Assembly (NCBI GenBank): GCA_963663545.1
Contig: OY760505.1
Span: 3,648,001 to 3,712,000 of the forward strand
Source of the DNA: Candidatus Delongbacteria bacterium
GTDB taxonomy: Bacteria > CAIWAD01
Reading direction: 5' to 3'
DNA length: 64,000 nucleotides
Shown: positions 21,489 to 33,120 of the stretch, piece by piece
How the letters are laid out: every line of letters starts with the position of its first letter
How positions within the stretch are numbered: position 1 is the stretch's first letter
Notes under the pieces: model-generated
The model's input: only the letters and a program-made list of their open reading frames with translations
The model's database searches: none
What the model was told of the DNA's origin: nothing
Position numbers and translations under genes: made by a program

Positions 21489-23911
21489 GTGGTTTATACT
21501 GAAGATCACAAACTGCAACTATTGGGCAGCCTGAGCGACGCTGAATGGGATCTCCTCAAACAGGCAGGCGAGGGAAAGCGCCACTGGCAAAAGGCGCTAG
21601 ACGAATTGCAGCTCATCGCCGTGAAACAAAAGACCATCCAGGGCAAGGCGATACTGCGTCAGCCCTTTGGTAAAACTGTAGTCAAGGTGAATATTTATTC
21701 CGCCCCAACGGTCACGGCCAATGTACACACGAAGTTGAATGTGTTGCGCCATTTATATCTCTATTCCCGCGTTCGCAATAAGGAGGGGAACTGGTATCTG
21801 TTGGGAGAAAAGGATATCCTGGACGCATGGGCTGCATCTCGCGACCTCATGGGCTGGGTAAAGGAAGAAAATCTCATCCTCTGGCCTACGGCCCAATGTC
21901 TCGAGTTTAGCTGCTGGACTCGCCTGCTGCGCCCGGCTGGAGCCATCTATCCGAACGAGCAAAGCCTCCTGGAAGCGGCCCGAGGAGGGACAGCGGAAAT
22001 TTTGTGCGAGGAGTTCGATTTTCCCTATAGTCGGGCCATTGTTCGTTTCCCGATCCTCGAGAAAAAGAGTACTTTGCTCGACGGCAGGAAGATCACTTAC
22101 TATCGGGTAGCCTGCATTGCCCACAACATGAAATTGGCGCTGGACTACCAGCAGAAGATCGAAGAACTCATAAGCAAGAGGAAAAAGCTGGCAACCATCG
22201 AGGTAGTGTTTGTGGTGGACGGCACGGCTAATACCCGTCACTATGCCCCCAAAATCGCCGCTCTCATCGGCGAAATCTATAAAGAGGTTGATGATGCCCG
22301 CGACAAGGTGTTCCGCGGAGCGCCCCAACTCATCAAAAACGATATGCTGCGGCATATGGGAATGCGCGATCTGACTCCTGAATTGCGCACTGCCATTCTC
22401 GTCTATCGCGATCAACAATCGACACGCAAGATAAACGATATGCGCTACAGCACAGAGTGCAACTTTTGGGATTTTACCAACAGCAAAGAAGCTTTCTGGC
22501 AAAATTTTGACCAGATTGTATTCAGCCAGGGCACTGGCGACCAGGCATCGCAGCGCAAGGCTATGCGCGCCCTTCTGGAGGGAAAATTCACGGCCAGTGA
22601 TTCGGGGGTGGTCAATCCCGTCCGTTCGATAAAACCGTCGTGGACGCGTGGTAGCCCTACGCCTGGTGGTACTGCTCGGCGATGTCGGACAGCAAACGAC
22701 CATGGACGCGAATTGGACTGCCAAAAATTTTATCGAGGGTTGGAAAAATTTGCCCGAGGCCGAAAAATTTTCCTTCTTCGCCGTGCAACACGGTCGTATT
22801 GACCAGACCGCAGGGCATCGCCGCTTCAAAGCCTTTTGTCTGGAAGTCAAGGATGCCCTCTACGAAGAAGCTAAACGCAACCAGGCCCAGGAGGGCAAAA
22901 GTTTTTTGCCCAGTACGCGATGATGGCGGGAGAGGGTGAAAACGATCCCAAGCGACGTTTTTATAAGCTATGGCAGGAAATATTGGCAACTATCCATCAG
23001 CAGGACAAACTGTTGGAACAACTGGCAACCACAGGTTTTCAGCAGGAAGTGAACAAGTATCGTGCTGTTATGACACGGATATATCTTGCCATCGCTCATC
23101 GCGAGAAAGTTCCTTTCGAACCCGAGATTCGCTCCAGCTTGAGTTCGTACCTGGGTTTTGATCGCGGCCAGCAAACCATCTACCTTAAGGCTGGCGGCGA
23201 CAAAAATCACACCCGAGGTCTGGCAAGAAATCGAAAACCGGTATTCCGACCAGGAATGGCAGGAAGCCGTGCGCCGCCTGAAACGCAAAAGCCAGGAGCA
23301 CCGCATCGAGCTGAATAAACCGACGGCCTTGTACACCGAGGGATATGTCCTGGAAAAAAGCCTGTTATCAGGAGGGAATGAAGGGGTTTAACGTTGACCT
23401 GATCGCCTTCTCGCTGTTCCTGTCCAGGACGGATTTCGGCAAATTGGCGCAGATAACCAAAAGTTTTGCGGCAACCTGGGATGAGAGAGAAAAAGCCCGG
23501 CAGCAAGGGCGTACACTAGTCAGGGAGCAAATTATCAAGATTTTAAAGCGACATTTGCAAGCATCCGGCGTCAGCACCGACTGCTGGTTCGAGCAGGGAA
23601 ACATCGTCTTTCCCAAGGGATTTTGGACCATGACCCCGGACGAAGTGTATAATTTCCCCAATATCCAAGGGCTTTGTCTAAATGCAAAGAGACAGTACCC
23701 AAAAATGATCGACTATTGTGAGGAGCGAACGCGAGAATACGTTCCCGAAGGTTGGCAAGGCGAGAAGCCCTATTGGAATACCACCTGGGTGCAAGGCGGG
23801 GAGTCCCACTCTTTCGTACCGATCAAGGTCTTTGATATTCCCCTGCCGCGTGGGACTAGTAATACCAACGTTGCCCCTATACCACGTTTACCACAGCTTA
23901 AACCACGTTGA
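21489..23911 (+). CDS. frameshifted large vWA-domain protein
   Basis: EVVFVVDGTANT MIDAS-like motif, LRTAILVYRD, LRLVVLLGD in next frame, GWVKEENL SH3-like segment; pieces in several frames. Confidence 0.5.
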
Positions 23912-23936
23912 CCACGGGAAAAAGAAGGAGAAAAAA

Positions 23937-26513
23937 ATGAACGCACGCAAAACCATTTTCCAAATTTGCGGACTCACCCATCACTACCCACGCGAAGAGC
24001 GACCGGCCCTGGCCGATTTTTCCCTGCGCGTGAGTGAAGGCGAGCGGGTGGCTATCCTGGGAATTTCCGGAAGCGGCAAAACCACTGTTCTCAATATTGT
24101 CGGCCTTTTGGAAGACATCCACAGCGGCAGTGTAGTTTATTGCGATGCCGAGGGGCGCGCCTGGGAGTACCATCATGCGAATGGCAAAAACAACGCCGAA
24201 TCGGCGCAGATTTTGCCGACATCGCGACGCCGGGACATCCGCCGCCAAGATTTCGCCTTTGTCATGCAGGACGCCCATTTATGGCATTATCTCTCCGGCC
24301 TGGAAAACAGCATCGAATCGCTGATCCTTTCCGGATATGCGCCGACTGTCGCACGAAAGACAGCGGCAGCAGAGCTTCTTCCTCTATTTATGTTCGGCGG
24401 CAATGGCGACTCCGATCCCGGGGACAAAAGGAGCGACGTCGAGTGTCTGATGCGCAAAACCTCGGCACGCCTATCCGGTGGTCAACGAACGCGAATGGCA
24501 ATTGGTCGGGCGCTGGTGCGGCGACCGCGTGTGCTTTTTCTCGACGAGCCCAATGCCTCCTCAGATCCGATTACCGCCAGCAACAACAATCGCTGCATCC
24601 GCGCCTGCCTGGACCAGAGCGCGACTACGGTATTTCTCGTCTCGCATCGCTATGAAGATGCCCTGGAATTGGGTTGCCAGCGCTTTCTCTTTCTTGAAGG
24701 CGGCAAAATCAAACCAGTGCTGGTAAATGGTCAAAAACAAAACGAATTGCCACGTTTTGACGGCATTAGCCTCTCGGATCTAGAAAGCGCCCGCGACGGG
24801 CAAAACATCGAAATTGCGAAAGACAAGTTGATTCCATCCCCGCAAATACCGGAAAGCATCCGCCCCGCCCCTAAACGAAAAATTTTCGCTGCTACCGGCC
24901 TGCTGTGCTGGCACCTGCACGCGGTGCTAAAAGACATTTTTTCCCCGCGTTCGCGCCTCTTTGTACTGGTGATCGGCGTGGTTTCATTTTTTGCGGCGCT
25001 CTCTTATTGTTTTACCAGCGGACTTGCCGGCGCCACGGTCACACAGCTTAAGAGCGCCATCGAAAACGAACCGGATTTTCGCAATATCACGGTCATGCGC
25101 CGCCCGCTGGCCGGATCGCCGGATATTTCCCATGAAGAAAGAAGAAAACTGGGGCAGATTGCCGGGGTAGAGGGGGTCTACAGCATGGACGCGCCCGGGC
25201 TTCTCATTCACTGGGACGGCCAAAATCCCCTCTCTGGGCTCAGTGGTCGCTGCCTGGAGCCGAACGACGCGGAGGCAAAGCGGTTCAGCCTGTACTATTC
25301 TGTCCCGAAAACCGGCGATGCACGCTTTTGTTGCGGCATTGTCCTGTGCCAGCGCGCTTTTTCGCAGGCGCAGCAGGCCGGGGCAATTCGCGTTGACGAT
25401 CGGGGGAATCAGACCTTGATGGTGTACAAGACCCGAGAAAACGAAAAACGCCAGAAACTAATCGACGAGCAACTAGAACTCCCCATTATCGGCGTCCACA
25501 GTGACAAGGATCTCCCCTACGCCGATTTCCTTCTCCCTTGGGAATTCGGCCTGGCTTACGGGGGACGGCTCGGCGCACCCTGGCATAGATCATGGGGATT
25601 GTTGTTTGCCCGTCCTGATGGCCGTGCTCTCCGCCCTTCCCATCGTCGCGTAACTCTTCTGAAATTTCACTGTCTTGGGTTGCCAGCAAAGCAGAAAGTG
25701 CAGGTGCAGACGGCCGCAGCGAATGTCGCCCGCGCCTTTGCTCTCGGCAAAGTGAAAGTTTTCTGGAATGCGGGGATGGCGGCTTTTATCATCGATATGG
25801 ATATACCTCCCGGTCGCGATGTTTGGGAAGAAGCAATAAAAAAAATTTTACACTTTTTACATCAGACTTTACCCAACGGGGCTCTTGTCGAACCCAAATG
25901 TATCATGCAGAATATGGAACTCAAGCCTTTTCCTAAAAAGAAATTGGCGACATTCGAACCTGGTCGCCTCAGCGTATACGTCAAAACCCTGGAAGACCTG
26001 TGGCCGGTCATGCAGAAAATCGCTAGCGGCTCTCTGTACCCGAAATCGCGTCATTTACGCTCCCTGGCCATTCTGAAAAGCATCGGCGACATTCTCTCGA
26101 CGCTGTTGTGGGTCACTCTGGGGCTGTTCTCGTTCTTCGGCGTCGTGGCCATCGGTTCCTCGTCCATCGCTCTCGTAGAGCGAAATCGCGGCGAAATCGG
26201 CATCAGCCTGGGATTCGGCTCCAGTCCGGCGCGGATTTTGAGCCATTACCTGGCCGTAGGTTTTCTCACCACTATGTTTTTCGGTATTCTTGCGGTCCTC
26301 ACCGCCACGCTTTTGAAAAATACGGTGATTGTTCCGATTATCAAAAAAATAAGTGAAGATCTAGGAATCCCCTTTTTCTTTTACATGGGAACATACGATT
26401 ATCTCCTGGCCGTATTCGTTCCGATCGCAGTCACCATTGTCGCTATAGCCATCCCTACGATCTGGAACATGCTCCTTTCTCCGGCTACCTTGTTGCGATC
26501 CAGAGTGTCGTAA
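23937..26513 (+). CDS. fused ABC ATPase + FtsX/MacB-like permease
   Basis: GISGSGKT, LSGGQRTRMAIGRAL, FLDEP, VSH; 1+3 TM permease with RGEIGISLGFG; RBS aaggag before ATG 23937. Confidence 0.85.
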   Translation: MNARKTIFQICGLTHHYPREERPALADFSLRVSEGERVAILGISGSGKTTVLNIVGLLEDIHSGSVVYCDAEGRAWEYHHANGKNNAESAQILPTSRRRDIRRQDFAFVMQDAHLWHYLSGLENSIESLILSGYAPTVARKTAAAELLPLFMFGGNGDSDPGDKRSDVECLMRKTSARLSGGQRTRMAIGRALVRRPRVLFLDEPNASSDPITASNNNRCIRACLDQSATTVFLVSHRYEDALELGCQRFLFLEGGKIKPVLVNGQKQNELPRFDGISLSDLESARDGQNIEIAKDKLIPSPQIPESIRPAPKRKIFAATGLLCWHLHAVLKDIFSPRSRLFVLVIGVVSFFAALSYCFTSGLAGATVTQLKSAIENEPDFRNITVMRRPLAGSPDISHEERRKLGQIAGVEGVYSMDAPGLLIHWDGQNPLSGLSGRCLEPNDAEAKRFSLYYSVPKTGDARFCCGIVLCQRAFSQAQQAGAIRVDDRGNQTLMVYKTRENEKRQKLIDEQLELPIIGVHSDKDLPYADFLLPWEFGLAYGGRLGAPWHRSWGLLFARPDGRALRPSHRRVTLLKFHCLGLPAKQKVQVQTAAANVARAFALGKVKVFWNAGMAAFIIDMDIPPGRDVWEEAIKKILHFLHQTLPNGALVEPKCIMQNMELKPFPKKKLATFEPGRLSVYVKTLEDLWPVMQKIASGSLYPKSRHLRSLAILKSIGDILSTLLWVTLGLFSFFGVVAIGSSSIALVERNRGEIGISLGFGSSPARILSHYLAVGFLTTMFFGILAVLTATLLKNTVIVPIIKKISEDLGIPFFFYMGTYDYLLAVFVPIAVTIVAIAIPTIWNMLLSPATLLRSRVS

Positions 26514-26593
26514 CGTACCGGCATGGTGCCAGTACGATAAAATCGGCGGTCCCAAGGGCCGCCTTACATTCATTTTACAGAAAGGTAATTATT

Positions 26594-26750
26594 ATGAGAT
26601 CCATCGCAATATTTATGTTATCACTATTGTTTTTGGGGTTCGCTTCCGAGGCGATAGCGCAAGAGACAGCTTTGGCTCTGGATGCAAATACGCTCGATAG
26701 CAGAAACTCTCGATCCATCGTTGCTGGCTTAGATGGCGGGAATTCTTGAT
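26594..26750 (+). pseudogene. 5' remnant of tail-collar family gene (signal peptide only)
   Basis: MRSIAIFMLSLLFLGFASEAIAQETALALDA matches the N-terminus at 34381. Confidence 0.6.
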
Positions 26751-26798
26751 CCATAGGCTAATTTTGATTTTATGTTTTACCGTAAGAAAGGAAAAAAA

Positions 26799-27674
26799 AT
26801 GAAAGTACGGGCAATATTCATTGTATTGTTTTTATTGTTAGCTGCCAACATGATCGCACCCCAGAGTGCATTGACAGTAGACAATACCATCCAAAATGTG
26901 AGAGCTGAAATTCAAAAATTGGCAAGCGAAATTCAAAAATTGCACGCACAAGTCACGGCACAAAAAAAAGTCGTGGTGGACGCTAGCGGCAATATTCCGC
27001 CTCAAAACATAGAATTGATCTTACAGTGTCACCAGTTGCAAATGCTGCAACTGCAAAAACAGTTACTCGAACAGAAGGTGACCATTATCGAGCAAGCTAG
27101 AAATGCGAGAAATACCCCTCCTATCGGCACGATAATTCTGGTGGCAACCGATAAAATCCCAGCAGGATATCTGCTATGTGATGGCAGAACTGTCGCCATA
27201 GAAAAATATCAGAAACTGTTCAAAGTTATTGGTACCACATGGGGAAAAGCTAATAATAGTATGATGTTTAAAATCCCGGATTTGCGTGGACAATTTATTC
27301 GTATTCTCGATCAAGGAAAAGGACTTGATCCTGGCCGTAAGTTAGGACAATTTCAAGATGGCGCCACGGCCATGCCCAAGAATCATTTTGTTACTGAAAA
27401 CTCCGGTGAACATTCTCATTCCATGAGCCCTTCCGGACACCATTCGCATGGAACACATGCGTATCTCGGACCTGGTGGACCAATGGCTGCCGATCGTGGA
27501 ACTGGAGCATTTGGGCATGGTCGGTGCGTTAATGGCTGGCACAGTGGCACTCATGGTGTCGGAGACCACACTCACACCGTACAAAAGAACGGTACTCACA
27601 GGCATACGATTACCGGCGGCGATAAAGAAACCCGGCCTGTTAGTCAAGCATTAATAGCTTGCATTAAATATTGA
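26799..27674 (+). CDS. secreted phage-tail-collar domain protein (signal peptide, coiled coil, collar, HxH-rich tip)
   Basis: PPIGTII..IPAGYLLCDGR..YQKLFKVIGTTWG..FKIPDLRGQFIR; HSH/HTH/HRH repeats; ETRP..LIACIKY end. Confidence 0.85.
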   Translation: MKVRAIFIVLFLLLAANMIAPQSALTVDNTIQNVRAEIQKLASEIQKLHAQVTAQKKVVVDASGNIPPQNIELILQCHQLQMLQLQKQLLEQKVTIIEQARNARNTPPIGTIILVATDKIPAGYLLCDGRTVAIEKYQKLFKVIGTTWGKANNSMMFKIPDLRGQFIRILDQGKGLDPGRKLGQFQDGATAMPKNHFVTENSGEHSHSMSPSGHHSHGTHAYLGPGGPMAADRGTGAFGHGRCVNGWHSGTHGVGDHTHTVQKNGTHRHTITGGDKETRPVSQALIACIKY

Positions 27675-27868
27675 TGCGGGATTTTACAAATGAATGAAAG
27701 CTAACATGACAACAAAAGAGACTATTATCAATCAAATCCCAGATACGGAACCTATGTTGCAATTGATTTTAGATATGGTCGAGGCATAAATATAGTATAT
27801 TTATGGTATAGGAATTTTCTTTTTTTTCGACTGAAATTGCAGACGTTTAGAAATTTTCCCTAATGACA

Positions 27869-27948
27869 TCGTGCTCGTGCTCGTGCTCGTAATCGTCATC
27901 GGAATTTTATGAATCGATTACTATTACGAATTACGAGCACGCGCACGA
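27869..27948. repeat. REP-like inverted repeat (tcgtgc)n ... (gcacga)n
   Basis: tcgtgctcgtgctcgtgctcgtaatcg ... ttacgagcacgcgcacga. Confidence 0.6.
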
Positions 27949-28047
27949 AAAAAATCCGTCGCGAAGCGGCGCTAACTTGAAAACTCACCTTTACTCACAG
28001 GAATACGATTACCGGCGGCGATAAAGAAACCCGGCCTGTTAGTCAAG

Positions 28048-28118
28048 AAGCAATGGTGCCAGGCATCGGAGCAATGGTGCCAGGCATCGGAGCAATGGTG
28101 CCAGGCATCGGAGCAATG
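28048..28118 (+). repeat. 21-nt repeat array, 3 copies (AGCAATGGTGCCAGGCATCGG)
   Basis: Direct reading. Confidence 0.95.
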
Positions 28119-29122
28119 TCCCCTACGCCGATTTCCTTCTCCCTTGGGAATTCGGCCTGGCTTACGGGGGACGGCTCGGCGCACCCTGGCATAGATCATG
28201 GGGATTGTTGTTTGCCCGTCCTGATGGCCGTGCTCTCCGCCCTTCCCATCGTCGCGTAACTCTTCTGAAATTTCACTGTCTTGGGTTGCCAGCAAAGCAG
28301 AAAGTGCAGGTGCAGACGGCCGCAGCGAATGTCGCCCGCGCCTTTGCTCTCGGCAAAGTGAAAGTTTTCTGGAATGCGGGGATGGCGGCTTTTATCATCG
28401 ATATGGATATACCTCCCGGTCGCGATGTTTGGGAAGAAGCAATAAAAAAAATTTTACACTTTTTACATCAGACTTTACCCAACGGGGCTCTTGTCGAACC
28501 CAAATGTATCATGCAGAATATGGAACTCAAGCCTTTTCCTAAAAAGAAATTGGCGACATTCGAACCTGGTCGCCTCAGCGTATACGTCAAAACCCTGGAA
28601 GACCTGTGGCCGGTCATGCAGAAAATCGCTAGCGGCTCTCTGTACCCGAAATCGCGTCATTTACGCTCCCTGGCCATTCTGAAAAGCATCGGCAACATTC
28701 TCTCGACGCTGTTGTGGGTGACTCTGGGGCTGTTCTCGTTCTTCGGCGTCGTGGCCATCGGTTCCTCGTCCATCGCTCTCGTAGAGCGAAATCGCGGCGA
28801 AATCGGCATCAGCCTGGCCCTTGGCACCAGCCCGAGACAGATCTTGACTCATTACCTGGCGGTGGGGATTTTCATCACACTGTTATTCGGTCTTCTAGCT
28901 CTGGTGGCTGCCAATTTGCTGGAAAGCGCGCTGATTGTCCCGATTATTCGCAAGATCAGCGAGGATCTGGGCATCCCTTTTTCTTTTGGCCTGGGGTTAC
29001 CTGATTATCTCATCGCGATTTTGGTTCCCACAGGGGTAACCATGATCTCGATCGCGGTCCCCACGGCCTGGAACATGCTCCGTTTTTCGCCCGCCGCGCT
29101 GCTGCGGTACAGGGCATCGTAG
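28119..29122 (+). pseudogene. 5'-truncated second copy of the ABC permease
   Basis: 28119-28817 nearly identical to 25513-26211; last ~300 bp diverged. Confidence 0.85.
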
Positions 29123-29159
29123 TTTTATATATTTTTATCGACCGACAGAAAGGAAAAAA

Positions 29160-30035
29160 ATGAAAGCTATCGCAATATCGCTGTTATCATTTTTGTTGTT
29201 GGCTTGCGGAATGGCAGCCCAGTCCACGCCGGCAGCGACCATCCAAAATCTGAAAGCGGAAATCCAAAAATTAGACCTGGAGATCCAGACATTGGTAGCC
29301 CGCGTGGCGGCCCAAAAAGTCACCGAGGGGCAGTCCGTGGCTGGCAATATCCAGCCCCACTCTATTGAATTGACCTTGCAGTGTCAGCAATTGGAAATGC
29401 TGCGAATGCGCAAAGGGATGCTCACCCATGAAATAGAACTGTGGCGTCTGCGGGAGCAACTAGAAGAAGTGAAAAAACAATCTCCTCCGATTGGTACGGT
29501 GATTATGATCGCTGCCGATAGAATACCAAAAGGATATCTGCTATGTGATGGGCGTGCTGTAAGCCGCGAACGTTATAAAGCGCTCTTTGAAGTTATCGGA
29601 ACTACCTGGGGCGCAGGTGACCACAGCACTACATTCAATTTACCGGAAATGCGCGGAGAGTTTGTACGTTTTCTGGATAAGGGACGTCAAGTCGATCCTG
29701 GCAGGATCTTGGGACAATGGCAAAATTGGACGACCGCTATGCCAAAGAATAGGTTTAAGACTACGACAGATGGACAGCATACGCATGGGATGACCGCGGC
29801 AGGCGCGCATCGACACGACGTTGTTGGGTATTATGCTTGGGATTCAACCCCTGCTAGCATTGGCAGCTGTGTAGCCGTAACACTGGATCGGCAAAATCAT
29901 GGTGGACTTATAAGAGGTGTGGGAAATCATACCCACACTATCGAGGACAACGGCCAGCATACCCATCAGATTAATGGGGGCGATAATGAAACCCGCCCCA
30001 GAAATCAGGCATTGGTCGGTTGTATAAAGTATTGA
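29160..30035 (+). CDS. secreted phage-tail-collar domain protein, paralog 2
   Basis: Signal peptide; PPIGTVI..GYLLCDGRAVSRERYKALFEVIGTTWGAGDHSTTFNLPEMRGEFVR; HTH repeats; ETRPRNQALVGCIKY. Confidence 0.85.
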   Translation: MKAIAISLLSFLLLACGMAAQSTPAATIQNLKAEIQKLDLEIQTLVARVAAQKVTEGQSVAGNIQPHSIELTLQCQQLEMLRMRKGMLTHEIELWRLREQLEEVKKQSPPIGTVIMIAADRIPKGYLLCDGRAVSRERYKALFEVIGTTWGAGDHSTTFNLPEMRGEFVRFLDKGRQVDPGRILGQWQNWTTAMPKNRFKTTTDGQHTHGMTAAGAHRHDVVGYYAWDSTPASIGSCVAVTLDRQNHGGLIRGVGNHTHTIEDNGQHTHQINGGDNETRPRNQALVGCIKY

Positions 30036-30254
30036 TACGGGTGTAAAAAATCGATTTCTTTTTGCCGTAGATGCGGCAGAGAACAGGATGCAGGATTATC
30101 ATAGAGCCAGTAACTGGGAGGTCGTCTGCTGGGTACTACCTGCATCCGTGTCACGTCCCTGAGTGACTAACAATCAGCGATGTCCAACATCACCTGTTAC
30201 AGCATAACAATAATTAGAAAATCTCCTACATTTAATTTTGCGGGAAGGAAAACC

Positions 30255-30310
30255 ATGAAAACAATCGTAATATTCATTCTGGCATCATTTTTCTTGTTCG
30301 CTCTGGAAAT
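30255..30310 (+). pseudogene. signal-peptide remnant of tail-collar family gene
   Basis: Leader 30211-30290 nearly identical to 34337-34416. Confidence 0.6.
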
Positions 30311-30537
30311 AACTCTGTAACCGTCCGACTCTAGTTTAGTTCTGGTCCATGGCGAATAACTACTGTAGTGATCGTTTTGCTCGGTACCTCATAAAATCTG
30401 GCAACATTTTCCCGGGTTGCCCATCCGGTTCCCGGCAGCATAACCAGGCTGCCAATGCGTTCTAAAATGCCCAGGTTTTCTTCTACGCACAAAATATTGC
30501 GCAGGGAATAACTTTCCATAATTACCGCTTGGTTCAT
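30300..30537 (-). pseudogene. remnant paralog of the 33121 antirepressor-like gene
   Basis: MESYSLR..ENVARFYEVP..RHGPEL, then ESDGYRVIS after a 5-nt duplication. Confidence 0.65.
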
Positions 30538-30578
30538 AAGCGACTCCTAAATTTAAGCGTAACCTTTTTAATTGCAAA

Positions 30579-30617
30579 ATGTTAGCAAAAACTTCATTAT
30601 GAAGTTTTTGCTAACAT
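30579..30617. promoter_or_regulatory. perfect 19-1-19 palindrome (putative operator) with extra half-site at about 30707-30725
   Basis: atgttagcaaaaacttcat-t-atgaagtttttgctaacat between divergent genes. Confidence 0.6.
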
Positions 30618-30867
30618 AGCTTGCAATAATAAGTTAAACATTTTTTGTCTGATTAGAAAATGATTTCAGCAAAGGCTTATTTCCTTTATTGATAATTTAC
30701 CAATAGGTTAGCAAAAACTTCATTAGTGTAGCCAAAGTTTGCCAGTCCGTGATTGTTAATTGCAATTACGAATATTCGCAATTACGGTTAATAGATTATA
30801 CGAACAATAATTATGATTTGTCAAGCTGAAAGTTCTGTGCTATGCTATAGGTAATGGGAGGTATGGA

Positions 30868-31314
30868 TTGAATAAGCTCGTATTTGCTATGGATATAGGA
30901 GAGAATAATTTGTTGGGACCGGAGCAGCATTACAAAAGAGAATTAATGAGAGCGTGTACGCTTTCTGTTGAAGAGACGAGTCAAATTATTGGAGTATCGG
31001 CCACCGCTATCAAACAGTTATTTACGAAAAACAAAAGTGATTTTACCATAAAGTTCTTGTCATTGGCGGATTTGGACATCGAAAAATTGAAGAATGGCAG
31101 CTATGCTCGAGAAAAAATCGGTGTCGTCATTGAGCCACGCGGGTCGCAAACTGTGGCTTATCGGCTTTTCTTTCATGCTATTCAGAAACTGATCGAAAAA
31201 GTTTTTTCGCGTTATTCCCAGGCGGATTTGGGGAAATATGTCGCATTAGAGTCGGAGAAGATAGAGTTGCGCAAAAAGCTGTTGCTGGAGTTATTGGAGG
31301 GATATAGGAAATAG
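30868..31314 (+). CDS. hypothetical protein with possible HTH
   Basis: RBS gggagg; LSVEETSQIIGVSATAIKQL. Confidence 0.5.
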   Translation: MNKLVFAMDIGENNLLGPEQHYKRELMRACTLSVEETSQIIGVSATAIKQLFTKNKSDFTIKFLSLADLDIEKLKNGSYAREKIGVVIEPRGSQTVAYRLFFHAIQKLIEKVFSRYSQADLGKYVALESEKIELRKKLLLELLEGYRK

Positions 31315-31569
31315 TCATGAAGACCCAACCGTCACGAGCGGAGATCACCGCCGCAAAAAGTTCGACAGCGAAGCCGAACCAAGAGCGAATTGCACCGCCA
31401 CGAGCGAAAATCATCCTGGTCACTCCCGGCCGGCAAGCGTTGCAAGCGGCGGTCGGAAAAACGGCGGCATTGGCCTGGAAACAATCGTACGGAGCCGGGC
31501 ACCTTTGCAAAATCAGGGAATTATCGGCGAAACGGAGAAAAACACTACGCGGAACAGCAGTCCAATTTT

Positions 31570-31742
31570 AGCAATGGTGCCAGGCATCGAAGCAATGGTG
31601 CCAGGCATCGAAGCAATGGTGCCAGGCATCGAAGCAATGGTGCCAGGCATCGAAGCAATGGTGCCAGGCATCGAAGCAATGGTGCCAGGCATCGAAGCAA
31701 TGGTGCCAGGCATCGAAGCAATGGTGCCAGGCATCGAAGCAA
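31570..31742 (+). repeat. 21-nt repeat array, 8 perfect copies (AGCAATGGTGCCAGGCATCGA)
   Basis: Direct reading; no spacers. Confidence 0.97.
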
Positions 31743-31941
31743 AAAAAAGCTTACAATGATGTCAGATATGGCAACAAAAAGGTTAGTATTCGGATAAAAT
31801 ACGGATTGGATTTGCAGAAATTTGGGTAGGAGTCCAGCAGAAGACTAAAAATGGCATTAAAATACAAAAAATGGCGAAATGTAGACAGAGTATGGTTGTA
31901 GTAGAGAAAAGCAAACAGTAGCAGATAAAAGCAAAAGCTTA

Positions 31942-32662
31942 TTACACGGGGAAAGCGTTGCGTCTTATGGAAACGTGTTCCCCCCAAGCATATATCTTGC
32001 GGTTGTGGTAATAGGAAAGGCGCTCGCCTAATTTTTCTAGGAGGCCCTGAACAAAAGCAATGCTGCCGGTGATAATTCCGGCAGAAATCGCTGGATCTTT
32101 TTTGTAGCCCCTGTTTGGCAATGTGGTCAGCGATCATTTCTCGGTAGGTCTGTTGCCGTTGTTGGGGAGTCTGGCCTAGATCTAAATACATCTTATGGAA
32201 ATCTAGAACCTGATCTTCATGGCCGTAAGCATGGGCATTATAGCTGCTCCAGCGCCATTTTTCCGGGCTGTCTACTGCTTTGTTGCGCAGCATGTTTAGC
32301 TCGATGTAGGCTACGGTCTTGAAAAACTGAGAGCTGGTCTCGATCACGGTGCTGAAAAAACGCTCACCCCAAAAGTGACCGGTTCGGCCGTGTCTTTTGT
32401 TGTAAGCTTTGGCGAAGTTTCCGTTGAGGTGGCGCATAAAATCGGACAGGTTGTCTTTATCGGGGGTGGCAACCAGCAAATGTACGTGGTTGTGCGTTAA
32501 ACAGTAAGCATAAATTTTTACGGGATATTTATTTTTCGCCTCTAATAGGATTCTCAGGTATAGGGCAAAATCATCATTGCCCTTGAATCCATACTCGCGG
32601 TTATTGCAACGAATAACTACATGGTAAACTCCGCCGGCGAAGCTTATTCTTGGGGGTCTCAT
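31942..32662 (-). CDS. REP-associated tyrosine transposase (RAYT, IS200/Y1 HUH family), copy 1, with +1 slip in an A6 run at ~32100
   Basis: YHVVIRCNNR, AYCLTHNHVHLL, GRTGHFWGERFFS, WRWSSY; removing one A gives 720 nt, same as copy 2. Confidence 0.88.
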
Positions 32663-33120
32663 AATAATGGAATCTCACTAATAAGGTAATGGAATTAATG
32701 GAATAATTTCTTATTATAACCGACGGTTGGTCAACATAGCGATTTGGCTGGGCAAAAATGGCTATTTTTTTTCGCATTTTGCAAAATTTTTTTCTAAGTG
32801 TTTTGAAATGAGGATGATGCCTGGCACCATTTAATCCACACCATTTAATCCACATCATAGATCCACAATGGCAATCAAAAATGGCAAGTGTTGTCTTTGA
32901 CTGTACCTGGTTAGATATTGCTCCCGATACTGTTTCAGAGATTCAGGCTTATTCGTTAATCAGGCTGGTTCCCTGGGAGAATTGGCCGGAAGCGATGGTG
33001 CAGATTAGCTAACGCAAATTTCCACCAGGGGCTTGACCACCGTTATTTGGGGGAGAACGGCTTTTGCCTTGATTCAGCGGATTAAGCTTAGTTCTCCTTT
33101 TTATTTGGTCAGGAGAGAAT

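Noticed and set aside
21753..22850. 365-aa minus-strand ORF and similar antisense ORFs (36928-37824, 60555-61226)
   Set aside because: Shadow frames of better-supported genes on the opposite strand.
14178..23911. Programmed frameshifting or mass pseudogenisation
   Set aside because: Many isolated 1-nt indels, often in homopolymers, with few nonsense substitutions; more consistent with long-read consensus error. The same caveat applies to the slips at ~32100 and ~54890.
26799..30035. Prophage or diversity-generating retroelement target
   Set aside because: No capsid, terminase or integrase; no reverse transcriptase; the 27992 copy differs by one base, not adenine-specific TR/VR variation.
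31570..31742. CRISPR array
   Set aside because: Repeats are contiguous with no unique spacers and no cas genes are present.
31390..31797. ORFs made of SNGARHR / MPGTIAS / MVPGIEA repeats (also at 41468-41876 and 56011-56269)
   Set aside because: By-products of a stop-free 21-nt repeat read in six frames.
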